NCBI GenBank assembly: GCA_963703315.1
Contig: OY969811.1
Coordinates: 4,384,001 to 4,448,000, forward strand
DNA: 64,000 nt
Source: an uncultured cyanobacterium
Lineage (GTDB): Bacteria; Cyanobacteriota; Cyanobacteriia; Pseudanabaenales; Pseudanabaenaceae
Reading direction: 5' to 3'
A program made the translations under genes and the position numbers. The notes below the pieces were generated by a model that saw only the letters and a list, made by a program, of their open reading frames with translations, did no database searches and was not told where the DNA came from. Positions within the stretch are counted from its first letter, which is position 1. Each line of letters starts with the position of its first letter. Below, in pieces: positions 19,238 to 28,503 of the stretch.

Positions 19238-19387
19238 TAGGACTTATGCAGAAGTCGCTAAGACCCTCACCCCTAGCCCCTCTCCCTTTTTGGGAGAGGG
19301 GAACAAGAAAAATTTCTTACGCCCCTTCTCCCTCTCTGGGAGAAGGGGTTGGGGGATGAGGGCAGTTTTTAATTTGCGTAAGTCCTA
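19238..19387. mobile_element. MITE with TAGGACTTAYGCA termini and internal CCCTCTCCC/GGGAGAGGG hairpins
   Basis: TAGGACTTATGCA ... TGCGTAAGTCCTA; internal cyanobacterial repeat partly recurs at 57686-57728. Confidence 0.7.
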
Positions 19388-19435
19388 CATTTCTTTCTGT
19401 GGCGCACGCGCAGCGTGCGCCACAGGTTAAGGTAC

Positions 19436-19957
19436 TTAAATACTGGACAACCTTGATTTTAAAAGAGATTCTCCTCCAAGTTTGACTGCTTCTTGAACTT
19501 GCATTAAGGGAACATGATGCGATCGCGCCAAATTCGCACAGTCCTCATATTCTGGCTGAATCGTCAAGAATCCATCGCGCCGCGCAATCTTAATTCTCGC
19601 TTTGCCATATTCTGTTTCGACTTCATGGATTTCTCGATGGAGAATTTTGCGCTCTTGCAAGCGATGTCTGATGCCGAGAGTAGTTGTTTCTCGAAAGAGA
19701 ATTTGCTCACAAATGGATTGGCGATCGCAGGGACAAATGACGGTAATTAATGTCCCAGTGCGAGATTTTTTCATGCCGATCGCTTGGGTATAGACATCAA
19801 GCGCCCCATGCTGCAATAGTTCAGTCATTGTGTAGGCGATCGCCTGTGCGGTCATGTCATCAACTTGAGTTTCCAGAATTGCGATTGTTTCCGTAATGGT
19901 TTCAAGATGATGACGGTTCTCAAATTTTGTTAGAAGAGATGTACTCAGACCTAATCT
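19436..19957 (-). CDS. larC: LarC C-terminal part (LarC2), in the -1 frame relative to the N-terminal part
   Basis: Frame is open from the A9 run: RLGLSTSLLTKFENRHHLETITETIAILETQVDDMTAQAIAY...MKKSRTG...ETTTLGIR...PEYEDC. Confidence 0.85.
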   Translation of the reverse strand, partial: RLGLSTSLLTKFENRHHLETITETIAILETQVDDMTAQAIAYTMTELLQHGALDVYTQAIGMKKSRTGTLITVICPCDRQSICEQILFRETTTLGIRHRLQERKILHREIHEVETEYGKARIKIARRDGFLTIQPEYEDCANLARSHHVPLMQVQEAVKLGGESLLKSRLSSI

Positions 19958-20874
19958 TTTTTTTTATTTTTTATATCTTTCTGCTTACTCTTCCCAATCC
20001 ATAGACGCAAAGCATTCGGGATTTCTAAATCCTGCGAACCTGCCCCTAGTCCTACTTTTTTGATTTTCATTAAGGGAACTTCGCCAAACTTTTCACTGAG
20101 GGTGACAGCGATCGCTGCCCCTGTGGGTGTGACTAGCTCCTTCCTAATGCCATTGTCACAGGTAGTTACCCCATGTAGTTCCCATAGTTTGAGCGTAGCA
20201 GGTGCGGGAACAGGCATCTTGCCATGATCACAATTGACATAGCCACCACCCGCAGGCAAAGCCGAACAGTAGATTTTCTCGACTTCTAGCCATGCAAATC
20301 CTGCACAGGTACAGACAATATCGATGATCGCATCGATCGCCCCCACTTCATGGAAATGCACTGCTTCTGGTGCAATGCCATGCACGGCTCCTTCGGCGAT
20401 CGCTAGTTCTTTAAATATAGCTAAACTCCACTTTTCAATCTGAGATGGTAATTTGGCAGTACAAATAATTTCCTCAATATCAGGTAAGTGGCGATGGACT
20501 GAATGGGAATGCTCTTGATGGCTATGGTTTGGAAGAGAAGATGATTTATGCTCATGGGAATGCTCTGCATGATTATGTCCGCTATGACTATGGGAATGAC
20601 CTTGATGCTCATGGAAATCTTTAGCAGCAAAATCTTTGGCGGCAACAGTGGGTGGCTCATCGCCTTTATAGTTGATTAATTCCACGTGCATTTTTGTCGC
20701 AGCAATCCCACCCCGATGCACTGATTCTGTCCATAATTTGACTTCGTGATCTAGTCCTAATTTCTGAACGATATTTTGTAAATAGTCCAAAGGAACGCCT
20801 ACATCTATCAGCGCACCTAAACACATATCACCCGCAATTCCTGTCGGACAGTCTAAATATGCAATGTTTGCCAT
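19951..20874 (-). CDS. larC: LarC N-terminal part (nickel-pincer cofactor biosynthesis, DUF111)
   Basis: GIAGDMCLGAL, His-rich region, HFHEVGAIDAIID, PVPAPAT, ELVTPTGAA. Confidence 0.9.
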   Translation of the reverse strand: MANIAYLDCPTGIAGDMCLGALIDVGVPLDYLQNIVQKLGLDHEVKLWTESVHRGGIAATKMHVELINYKGDEPPTVAAKDFAAKDFHEHQGHSHSHSGHNHAEHSHEHKSSSLPNHSHQEHSHSVHRHLPDIEEIICTAKLPSQIEKWSLAIFKELAIAEGAVHGIAPEAVHFHEVGAIDAIIDIVCTCAGFAWLEVEKIYCSALPAGGGYVNCDHGKMPVPAPATLKLWELHGVTTCDNGIRKELVTPTGAAIAVTLSEKFGEVPLMKIKKVGLGAGSQDLEIPNALRLWIGKSKQKDIKNKKKD

Positions 20875-20926
20875 AGCTGATGGTTGCAGAATTTTTCAAA
20901 TGAATTGTTTCTGAATCCTAACATTG

Positions 20927-21067
20927 ATAGCTGTCGCCATTCTTCACAAACGCCAAAGAAAGTAGCGCCGCTACTTTCTTTGGTAAACCCAAAACCAGAG
21001 ATTGTGCCGCCCGCTACGCGGGCGGCACAATCTCTGGTTTTGGGTTTTAACTATGCTGAGCTACTTA
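20927..21067. repeat. Composite MITE/palindrome cluster
   Basis: Left end ATAGCTGTCGCCA, hairpin CCAAAGAAAGTAGC/GCTACTTTCTTTGG, long hairpin AAACCCAAAACCAGAGATTGTGCCGCCCG.../...TGGGTTT. Confidence 0.7.
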
Positions 21068-22002
21068 ATAGCCGTTTTAGCATTGCGCTGCCAGCGATCG
21101 CGTTTAATTCTTCTTAAGGCTGAACCCGTAAAATGCTGATCCCATTCTTGATCGGTCATATTTACTAAATCTGTTAACTGGGGATCAAGATTATGGGGAA
21201 AGGCTTGGAAATCAGATTCTGAGGTTTCCTGAGCAAAGCGCTGATTCCACGGACAAACATCTTGGCAAATATCACAGCCCGCCACCCAATTGTTTAAATT
21301 ATTGGCGATCGCTTCAGGAAGTTCATCTGCCTTATTTTCTATCGTATGAAAAGCAATACATCGATTGGCATCAACCACAAAAGGCTGAGCGATCGCTCCC
21401 GTTGGACAGGCATCAATGCATCTCGTACAAGTCCCACAATGATCGGTATGGGGGCGATCGGGTTCCAGTTCCAGATTAGTTAAAACTTCTCCTAAAAATA
21501 ACCAAGAGCCATAGTCACGGCTAATCACATTGCTATGCTTGCCAATCCAACCGATCCCCGCCCTCTGAGCAAAGGCTTTTTCGGCGATCGGTCCCGTATC
21601 CACGTAATAACGAGTTTGAATATCTTCCCCTTGAGCATTTAACCAAGTTGCCAAAGCCTTGAGTTTCTTGGTTAAAACCTTGTGATAGTCACGTCCCCAA
21701 CCATAGCGCGAAATTTTACCAACTTGGCGATCGCCTGAATGCTGGTGCGGTGTGTAATAGTTCAGCGCCACGCAAATTACCGACTGCACTCCCGCCATGA
21801 CCTGCGTAATATCTTGCCGTTTAGGATTTGTCATCCAATCCATATCTGCTTGATAGCCCAGTTCTAGCCATTGCTGCAAATGCTCAGCCTCAATCCCAGA
21901 TTCCGCTTTGGCAATCCCCACTTTACTAAAACCCAAGGCGATCGCCTTTTGTTGAATTGCGACTTTAAGTTCGGTTGGCGATAATTTGTGCATCATCACC
22001 AC
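21061..22002 (-). CDS. queG: tRNA epoxyqueuosine(34) reductase
   Basis: ISRYGWGRDYH, VDTGP, CGTCTRCIDACPTGA, GCDICQDVCPWN. Confidence 0.95.
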   Translation of the reverse strand: MVMMHKLSPTELKVAIQQKAIALGFSKVGIAKAESGIEAEHLQQWLELGYQADMDWMTNPKRQDITQVMAGVQSVICVALNYYTPHQHSGDRQVGKISRYGWGRDYHKVLTKKLKALATWLNAQGEDIQTRYYVDTGPIAEKAFAQRAGIGWIGKHSNVISRDYGSWLFLGEVLTNLELEPDRPHTDHCGTCTRCIDACPTGAIAQPFVVDANRCIAFHTIENKADELPEAIANNLNNWVAGCDICQDVCPWNQRFAQETSESDFQAFPHNLDPQLTDLVNMTDQEWDQHFTGSALRRIKRDRWQRNAKTAIK

Positions 22003-22005
22003 ACT

Positions 22006-23106
22006 TTAGCCGCCACCAAGCCAGCCAAAAAATCCACCTTTTTTTTCATTTTTAGCTTTAGGATCTGATTTCGTCCCATTAGTGCTACCAGAGCTACTAC
22101 TCACTTGACTAATGTACTGCTTAGCTAGAGGTTCATCAGGATTGAGTTTTAAAGCTTGTTGAAAACTTACTTTTGCCATGCCTGATAATTTTTGATTCAT
22201 ATAGACAAACCCTAACAAAGCATGACATTTGCTATTGTTGCAGTCTAATTGAATGGCACTACGGAGTTCCTTTAAAGCTGATGCCCACAATTGTTGACTG
22301 ATATAGCTTTCAGCTTGACGAATATATTGATTAGCTGAACCATCGGCATTATTTCTAGCAGCTTGACCGTTAGTCCCTGCTTGGCTTGCACCCCTAGCTG
22401 CGCTACCATTAGCCGCACTGGAATTGTTGGTTGTGTTACTGGCGCTACGTGGTGGTGCTTGAGACTCACTCCGCATTTGATAACTATTGCCTGCACTATT
22501 GGGGTAGGCAGAACCTGCTTTATTAACACCTGCATTGCTAATAACCGTATTGCCAGTTTGAATTCTGGTTTCATCGCTATCAGGCTTTGCAGGAACTGAA
22601 TAGCCAGTCGGTGTATGTCTATAACCCTCTTGCAGAAGGATATGTACTAAATTTAATTCACTTAATAAACCAATATGTTCTAAAGCTCGGTCTAGATCTT
22701 CATACTGGATTTTGGCGATTTCATGAATTGTTTGTTCATAGTTAATCGACTGTGCCGAAACTAAATATTTTTTGGCAAGCTCTGACTGGGGCGCAAATTT
22801 TTGATTGCGCTTCATTAAGCGTTTGCCTAGAAGTTTAAGAATTGCCGAATATTCTGTGCGCTCTCGCTCTTGAGACAGCACATTGTAAGCAGGATTAACT
22901 AATTTGGATAGGTATTGCGTAGCTACTTGCTTTTCTGAATGGGTGCGTCCATGAATATCAGGATGCAAGCATTTGGCAATCAATAGATATCGCCTACGCA
23001 CGTGCGAAGCATCGGCTGTAAGTGGTAAGCCTAGTACAGCGTAGTAATCATTGAAGTCATATTGACCGATACCACGATCGATACGAAAAGTTTTTGGATT
23101 TTCCAC
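22006..23106 (-). CDS. DnaJ-domain protein with C-terminal TPR
   Basis: DYYAVLGL...LHPD J-domain; TPR near the C-terminus; GGFFGWLGGG tail. Confidence 0.85.
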   Translation of the reverse strand: MENPKTFRIDRGIGQYDFNDYYAVLGLPLTADASHVRRRYLLIAKCLHPDIHGRTHSEKQVATQYLSKLVNPAYNVLSQERERTEYSAILKLLGKRLMKRNQKFAPQSELAKKYLVSAQSINYEQTIHEIAKIQYEDLDRALEHIGLLSELNLVHILLQEGYRHTPTGYSVPAKPDSDETRIQTGNTVISNAGVNKAGSAYPNSAGNSYQMRSESQAPPRSASNTTNNSSAANGSAARGASQAGTNGQAARNNADGSANQYIRQAESYISQQLWASALKELRSAIQLDCNNSKCHALLGFVYMNQKLSGMAKVSFQQALKLNPDEPLAKQYISQVSSSSGSTNGTKSDPKAKNEKKGGFFGWLGGG

Positions 23107-23152
23107 TATTTATCCTCAGCGTTTCGCTATCCAATCAAAATCTTTAGGGTTG

Positions 23153-23240
23153 TATAGCTGTCACTAAACCAGAAGATGAGTTGCGCCGCAACTCGCTTTT
23201 TGGGTTTTGATTTGTCTTAATGCAAATGGCGACAGCTATA
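23153..23240. mobile_element. MITE, TATAGCTGYCGCCA family (degenerate left part)
   Basis: TATAGCTGTC ... TGGCGACAGCTATA. Confidence 0.65.
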
Positions 23241-23487
23241 TAAAGATTTGAAGCTAGATAATTAAAATAATAGCTTACCCATCAATAGTAAGGTTGCGAT
23301 CGCTATAATCACATATTTTCTATAGATAAAATAGCGGAAATTCAGAAATCATCGCTCACGCTAGTCTTAACAAGCAAAAGGCGGCGCTTCGCGCCGCCTT
23401 TTGCTTGTTGGGTTTTGAATAGCTATATTGTCAATCAACTGTAAAGCGATACGATGAATATCAATAAATTTCTACCAAATTCTCTCA

Positions 23488-24399
23488 ATGATTGAAGTCA
23501 TCCAATCCATCCTCCAATCAACCATTGATGGGATTGCTGTTGGCAGCATTATTGCGCTGGCAGCAGTCGGTTTAACGCTTACCTATGGCATTTTACGCCT
23601 TGCTAACTTTGCTCATGGCGATATTCTCACCCTCGGCGCATATCTCGCCTTCCTCGCTAATACGACCTTCAAGCTTGATATTTGGTTATCGATCGCCTTT
23701 GGTAGTGCGATTTCCATAGTCTTGGTTTTGCTTTGCGAAAAAATACTGTGGCAACCCTTACGTGCTAAGCGTGCTACCTCTACGACAATGATGATCGTCT
23801 CCATTGGTTTAGCGCTGGTAATTCGTAATGCGATCATTCTGGTCTGGGGCGCAAAACCACAGAAATATGATTTGCCGACGTTTCCTGCAATTAATATTTT
23901 TGAATTAGCGATTACCCGCAATAAAATCGTGGTAATTGTGGCGGCGATCGCCGTCATTGCAGGACTGTATTATTTACTACAAAATACCAAAATCGGTAAA
24001 GCCATGCGTGCTGTTGCTGATAATCCTGAACTTGCGAAAGTCGCAGGAATTAATGTTAATGCCGTAATTATTTGGACATGGATCATCGCAGGTGGTATGA
24101 CTGCTTTTGGGGGCAGTATGTACGGCTTAATTACCAATTTGCGCCCAAATATGGGTTGGTTCTTGATTTTGCCCATGTTTGCGGCGGTGATTCTGGGTGG
24201 GATTGGTAATCCCTATGGGGCGATCGCGGGGGCGTTGATTGTCGGTATCTCTCAAGAAGTCGCGACCACTTGCCCTGCGGCGTTGGGAGAATTACAAAAA
24301 TATTGTATTGGTACAGAATATAAACTAGGCGTGGGGTTAGTAATTATGATTTTGGTGCTGCTCTTTAAACCGCAAGGCTTATTTAAAGGAACGATATAA
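23488..24399 (+). CDS. Branched-chain/neutral amino acid ABC transporter permease (LivH/NatD-like)
   Basis: GLTLTYGILRLANFAHGD, GKAMRAVADN, ILGGIGNPYGA. Confidence 0.9.
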   Translation: MIEVIQSILQSTIDGIAVGSIIALAAVGLTLTYGILRLANFAHGDILTLGAYLAFLANTTFKLDIWLSIAFGSAISIVLVLLCEKILWQPLRAKRATSTTMMIVSIGLALVIRNAIILVWGAKPQKYDLPTFPAINIFELAITRNKIVVIVAAIAVIAGLYYLLQNTKIGKAMRAVADNPELAKVAGINVNAVIIWTWIIAGGMTAFGGSMYGLITNLRPNMGWFLILPMFAAVILGGIGNPYGAIAGALIVGISQEVATTCPAALGELQKYCIGTEYKLGVGLVIMILVLLFKPQGLFKGTI

Positions 24400-24401
24400 A
24401 C

Positions 24402-25709
24402 ATGACTCAATCTACTCGTAACCAACTGATTGAAATTTTTCGTAAAGCTGCAAATAATCTGGAGCTTTTTCCCTTAGATAATCCATCTACATTGGAGCGA
24501 TTTGCGATTGATTATGATCTAGATACTTTAGAAGAGCTAGCAGCACTGGTCGAAGATAGTCCTAGCCAGTCGAGCAAAATAATTTTTAGTGGTCACACTG
24601 GTTGCGGAAAGTCTACTTTACTGGCGGCGCTAGCTCAGAAATTACACGATCGCTTTTTTGTGGTGCGGTTTTCGATCGCCAATACGATCGAGAATGCAGA
24701 TGTGAATCACGTTACGATTTTGTTTGCGATCGCCTTAAAAATCATGGATGAGTCAGAAATCCAAGGTGTGAAGATTTCACCGAAAATCAAAGAAAGTATC
24801 CTAAACTGGTTTGCCAAAAAGACAAAAACTGAGGAAGTTAAGTTGGCAGGTCAAGCTAATGTCGCTACAGATTTTTTGAAGTTAGTTGGATTAAAGCTTC
24901 AAGTTGATGCAGTGATTCGGCAGGAAATTAAACAAGAATTTGAGAGAAAGGTATCGGAATTAGTTGCGAAGTTAAATGAGATTGCGGCGATCGCTAATGG
25001 GGCAAGTGGTAAAAATATTCTGGTAATTATTGATGATATCGATAAGCTAGAGATACCAGTAATTCGCGATGTTTTTATCAATAATATCAAGGCGCTATTT
25101 CTGCCTAATTTGCAAATTATTTACACATTGCCGATCTCGGCTTTGCATGACAAAGATATCGTGCCTGTACTAGAGACAGAAACAAGCGATCGCATTGTAC
25201 CGATGCGGGTTTTGAAGCTATATAAAAAAGGTGAGAGTCGCCATCCCGATCCTACTCCTGTTGCGGAAGTTGTTGCTACACTTGAGAAGTTATTAGTAAA
25301 GCGAATTGATTTAGAACTATTTGAGCCAGATGCATTACAGAAAGTGATTGCCTATAGTGGCGGTGTGCTGCGAGAGGTGATTCGGATTGTGCAACAGTCC
25401 TGTCGGATTTGTTTGCGTCAGTTGCGATCGCTACCTGAAGATGCGGATGTGAGCAGTTTGAAGATTTCGCTGGTAGTGGTTGAAGAAGCAGCGAATAATT
25501 TGCGTTTGCAAATGTCGCGTCCTTTAGGAAAGGTAGACTATGAGATTTTAAAAACGGTCTATCAAAACTATGCGCCTGATGATCCCCGTGATAGTGAGTT
25601 TTTAGGATTGCTGAAGGGGTTACCAGTTTTGGAATATCGCAATGCGCGGGAATGGCATGATGTGCATCCGTTGTTGTGGCAATTAATTCAAGAGCGATTG
25701 ACACCTTAA
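24402..25709 (+). CDS. P-loop ATPase (AAA/STAND-like)
   Basis: Walker A GHTGCGKST, Walker B IIDDIDK, SGGVLRE, C-terminal WHDVHPLL. Confidence 0.8.
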   Translation: MTQSTRNQLIEIFRKAANNLELFPLDNPSTLERFAIDYDLDTLEELAALVEDSPSQSSKIIFSGHTGCGKSTLLAALAQKLHDRFFVVRFSIANTIENADVNHVTILFAIALKIMDESEIQGVKISPKIKESILNWFAKKTKTEEVKLAGQANVATDFLKLVGLKLQVDAVIRQEIKQEFERKVSELVAKLNEIAAIANGASGKNILVIIDDIDKLEIPVIRDVFINNIKALFLPNLQIIYTLPISALHDKDIVPVLETETSDRIVPMRVLKLYKKGESRHPDPTPVAEVVATLEKLLVKRIDLELFEPDALQKVIAYSGGVLREVIRIVQQSCRICLRQLRSLPEDADVSSLKISLVVVEEAANNLRLQMSRPLGKVDYEILKTVYQNYAPDDPRDSEFLGLLKGLPVLEYRNAREWHDVHPLLWQLIQERLTP

Positions 25710-25724
25710 AAATATGGCAGAGCG

Positions 25725-27410
25725 ATGGAACAGAATGAAGTTAATTTTCTAGATTTGCTTGTTGCGATTGAGACGAGTAATCAGCATTTGAGTTTATTAC
25801 TTGCTGTATGCGATCGCGATCGCTTGCGAAGTTCTTTAACTGAGCGCTATGAGCAGGAGTTAGCCTCAGAGGGGATCAAAGCCTATCGGGTGATGATTGA
25901 TCGCCAAGAACCAAGTTTATTTGCGGCGATTAATCAACTAGTTGAAGCAGAACCCTATTTACAGGCTGGGAATCCTGCGGTGATAACAGTGGAGGGGGTA
26001 GTGAGTTTGTCGATTTTTGCTTCAGAGGGTGAGCGATCGCCTGTTGATAAGTTTTTGGGATATTTGCAATGGACTAGGGAGGGAATGCGTCAGTTTGCGT
26101 TTCCAATTGTGATTTGGGTAACGGAACATATTCATAATGAAATTTCGCGTAAAGCCCAAGATTTCTACAGTTGGCGACAGGGTGTATTTTTCTTTGAGTC
26201 AATCCAAGAGGAGCCGATTGTACCGATTGATGTTGAGCCAATTCGTCTACCAGATCCTGAGTCTGATGATTTGGATCTGCCGATTGATGAGTTGTTGTTT
26301 TATATTGCTCAACGAGAGGCGGCTGGTCAAGAGGATGCGAGTTTGGCTACGTTTTACACGTTATTAGCAAAAGCCTACGAACGGGATAATCAAATTAATC
26401 AGGCGATTTCTACATGGCAAAAAGCGATCGATCTCCAAGAAAAGCTAAATCTCTCTCTAGAACTAATAGCTAGCCTCAATAGTTTAGGTATTTTATATTT
26501 TCAGCAAGGGAGATATGCAATAGCAGAGCCAATATTTGAGAAAGGACTACAATTAACGCGAGAGATGTTAGGTGATCACCATCCCAATGTCGCCACCAGT
26601 CTCAACAATCTCGCAGAGCTGTATCGCTCGCAAGGACGATATGAGGAAGCGGAACCGCTCTATCTAGAGGCGATGCAGTTGAGGCGAGAACTGTTAGGCG
26701 ATCGCCATCCCGATGTCGCCACCAGTCTCAATAACCTCGCAGGGCTATACGATTCGCAAGGACGATATGAGGAAGCGGAACCGCTCTATCTAGAGGCGAT
26801 GCAGTTGAGGCGAGAACTGTTAGGTGATCGCCATCCCGATGTCGCCACCAGTCTCAATAACCTCGCAGGGCTATACGATTCGCAAGGACGATATGAGGAA
26901 GCGGAACCGCTCTATCTAGAGGCGATGCAGTTGAGGCGAGAACTGTTAGGTGATCGCCATCCCGATGTCGCCACCAGTCTCAACAACCTCGCAGCGCTGT
27001 ACGATTCTCAAGGACGATATGAGGAAGCGGAACCGCTATATCTAAAGGCAATTCAGTTGAGGCGAGAACTGTTAGGCAATCGCCATCCCTCTGTCGCCAC
27101 CAGTCTCAACAACCTCGCATTGCTGTACGATTCTCAAGGACGATATAAGGAAGCGGGACTGCTCTATCTAGAGGCAATTCAGTTGAGGCGAGAACTGTTA
27201 GGCAATCGCCATCCCTCTGTCGCTGGCAGTTTGTTTAATCTGGCAGTGCTTTACTACAAAACCCAGCATTATCGCGAAGCCCTGCAATCAATTCAACCTG
27301 CTATCCAAATATATCAGCAAACCCTTGGCACTGACCACCCTACAACCAAGGCAGCCCTTAGTTGGTTACAGCCAATTATTGTCCAACAAAACGAAGGAGA
27401 ACATCCATGA
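25725..27410 (+). CDS. TPR protein (kinesin light chain-type 42-aa repeats) with an N-terminal alpha/beta domain
   Basis: Repeats of HPDVATSLNNLAxLYxSQGRYEEAEPLY; N-terminal LLLAVCD...PIVIW...DFYSWRQGVF. Confidence 0.88.
   Translation: MEQNEVNFLDLLVAIETSNQHLSLLLAVCDRDRLRSSLTERYEQELASEGIKAYRVMIDRQEPSLFAAINQLVEAEPYLQAGNPAVITVEGVVSLSIFASEGERSPVDKFLGYLQWTREGMRQFAFPIVIWVTEHIHNEISRKAQDFYSWRQGVFFFESIQEEPIVPIDVEPIRLPDPESDDLDLPIDELLFYIAQREAAGQEDASLATFYTLLAKAYERDNQINQAISTWQKAIDLQEKLNLSLELIASLNSLGILYFQQGRYAIAEPIFEKGLQLTREMLGDHHPNVATSLNNLAELYRSQGRYEEAEPLYLEAMQLRRELLGDRHPDVATSLNNLAGLYDSQGRYEEAEPLYLEAMQLRRELLGDRHPDVATSLNNLAGLYDSQGRYEEAEPLYLEAMQLRRELLGDRHPDVATSLNNLAALYDSQGRYEEAEPLYLKAIQLRRELLGNRHPSVATSLNNLALLYDSQGRYKEAGLLYLEAIQLRRELLGNRHPSVAGSLFNLAVLYYKTQHYREALQSIQPAIQIYQQTLGTDHPTTKAALSWLQPIIVQQNEGEHP
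26579..27222. repeat. 126 bp tandem repeat encoding the TPR units
   Basis: CCATCCC..TGTCGC starts at 26579, 26705, 26831, 26957, 27083 and 27209. Confidence 0.92.
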
Positions 27411-27613
27411 ATCGTAACTACAGCATTTCTATCCAATGGTCAGAAGAAGATAGCAAATTTATCGCTCACCTACCTGAATTTGGTCCCTACGCCCATACTC
27501 ATGGCGACACCTACGCTAACGCACTAGAAAATGCTTTAGAAGTTTTGGAATTACTAATCGAAGATTACAATGCTCGTCACAAACCATTACCAACTTCATT
27601 ACTGCTTAATTAA
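27407..27613 (+). CDS. hicB: HicB-family antitoxin (short form)
   Basis: MNRNYSISIQWSEEDSKFIAHLPEF...THGDTYANALENALEVLEL; ATGA overlap with the TPR gene stop. Confidence 0.82.
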   Translation: MNRNYSISIQWSEEDSKFIAHLPEFGPYAHTHGDTYANALENALEVLELLIEDYNARHKPLPTSLLLN

Positions 27614-27655
27614 GAGTAGACGATCCTTCTGAACGCCAAAAGCTTCAACAATAAT

Positions 27656-28501
27656 TCATGAATTGTTCCTACTATATCTCGAATAGGTTGAGCTAGTTGA
27701 TGGAACTGAGGGAGATTGGAAGATATGGCGATTTTGGATGAGTACAAAAGTAGCAACTGCTAATAAGAAATAGCCAAAACCTTTTTGCAACTGCTTTGCA
27801 GATACAAATTGCGCTAGATAAGAACCAATTACTGAGCCAATCCCTGCGGCAAAAGTAAAGGAAATAGTTAAAGCCCAATCAATATCTAGTTTTCCCAGAT
27901 ATCCTAATAAACCAGCGATCGCATTGAGCGCAATAATCAAAAGGGAAGTGCCGATCGCCTGACGCATGGGAATTTTACCGAGTAAGACCAACGCAGGCAC
28001 GATCGCAAAACCACCACCAACACCCACCAAACCTGTTAACACACCAACCGCGAGTCCTTCGGTCATTAACCATAGCCAACAGTACTGACAAAAGGGTGGT
28101 AGATAACCTTCCATTTCCGATGGCTCGACTGTTTGACGTGAAGAATGGTAGATCATAAACGCTGCGGCCATTAGCATCATTAAGCCAAATAGCAACATTT
28201 GCACCGCCCCCGTCACAAATGGCAATGTCGCAATCCGCGCACCGATGAAAGAGCCTAACATCGTTGCTGAACCAAAAACCAAGGTGGTTTTGAGATTGAC
28301 ATAGCCCTTGCGCCACTGAGGGATGACACCTAATAAACTGACAGTGCCTACGATGACTAAAGTCATGGCGATCGCGGGTTTAGGCGCAACTCCCATCACA
28401 TACACCAAGATCGGCAAGGCTAAAACTGAGCCGCCACCACCCAATAAACCTAAGCTGATACCAATGCCAACAGCTAATAAATGACCAATCATCCAAATCA
28501 T
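27656..28501 (-). CDS. Sulfite exporter TauE/SafE family protein
   Basis: GLLGGGGSVLALP and GLVGVGGGFAIVPAL repeats; multi-TM. Confidence 0.9.
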   Translation of the reverse strand: MIWMIGHLLAVGIGISLGLLGGGGSVLALPILVYVMGVAPKPAIAMTLVIVGTVSLLGVIPQWRKGYVNLKTTLVFGSATMLGSFIGARIATLPFVTGAVQMLLFGLMMLMAAAFMIYHSSRQTVEPSEMEGYLPPFCQYCWLWLMTEGLAVGVLTGLVGVGGGFAIVPALVLLGKIPMRQAIGTSLLIIALNAIAGLLGYLGKLDIDWALTISFTFAAGIGSVIGSYLAQFVSAKQLQKGFGYFLLAVATFVLIQNRHIFQSPSVPSTSSTYSRYSRNNS

Positions 28502-28503
28502 GG

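Noticed and set aside
26579..27222. 126 bp repeats considered as a CRISPR or DGR template/variable pair
   Set aside because: They are in-frame TPR coding repeats without spacers; there is no reverse transcriptase nearby and no adenine-specific variation pattern.
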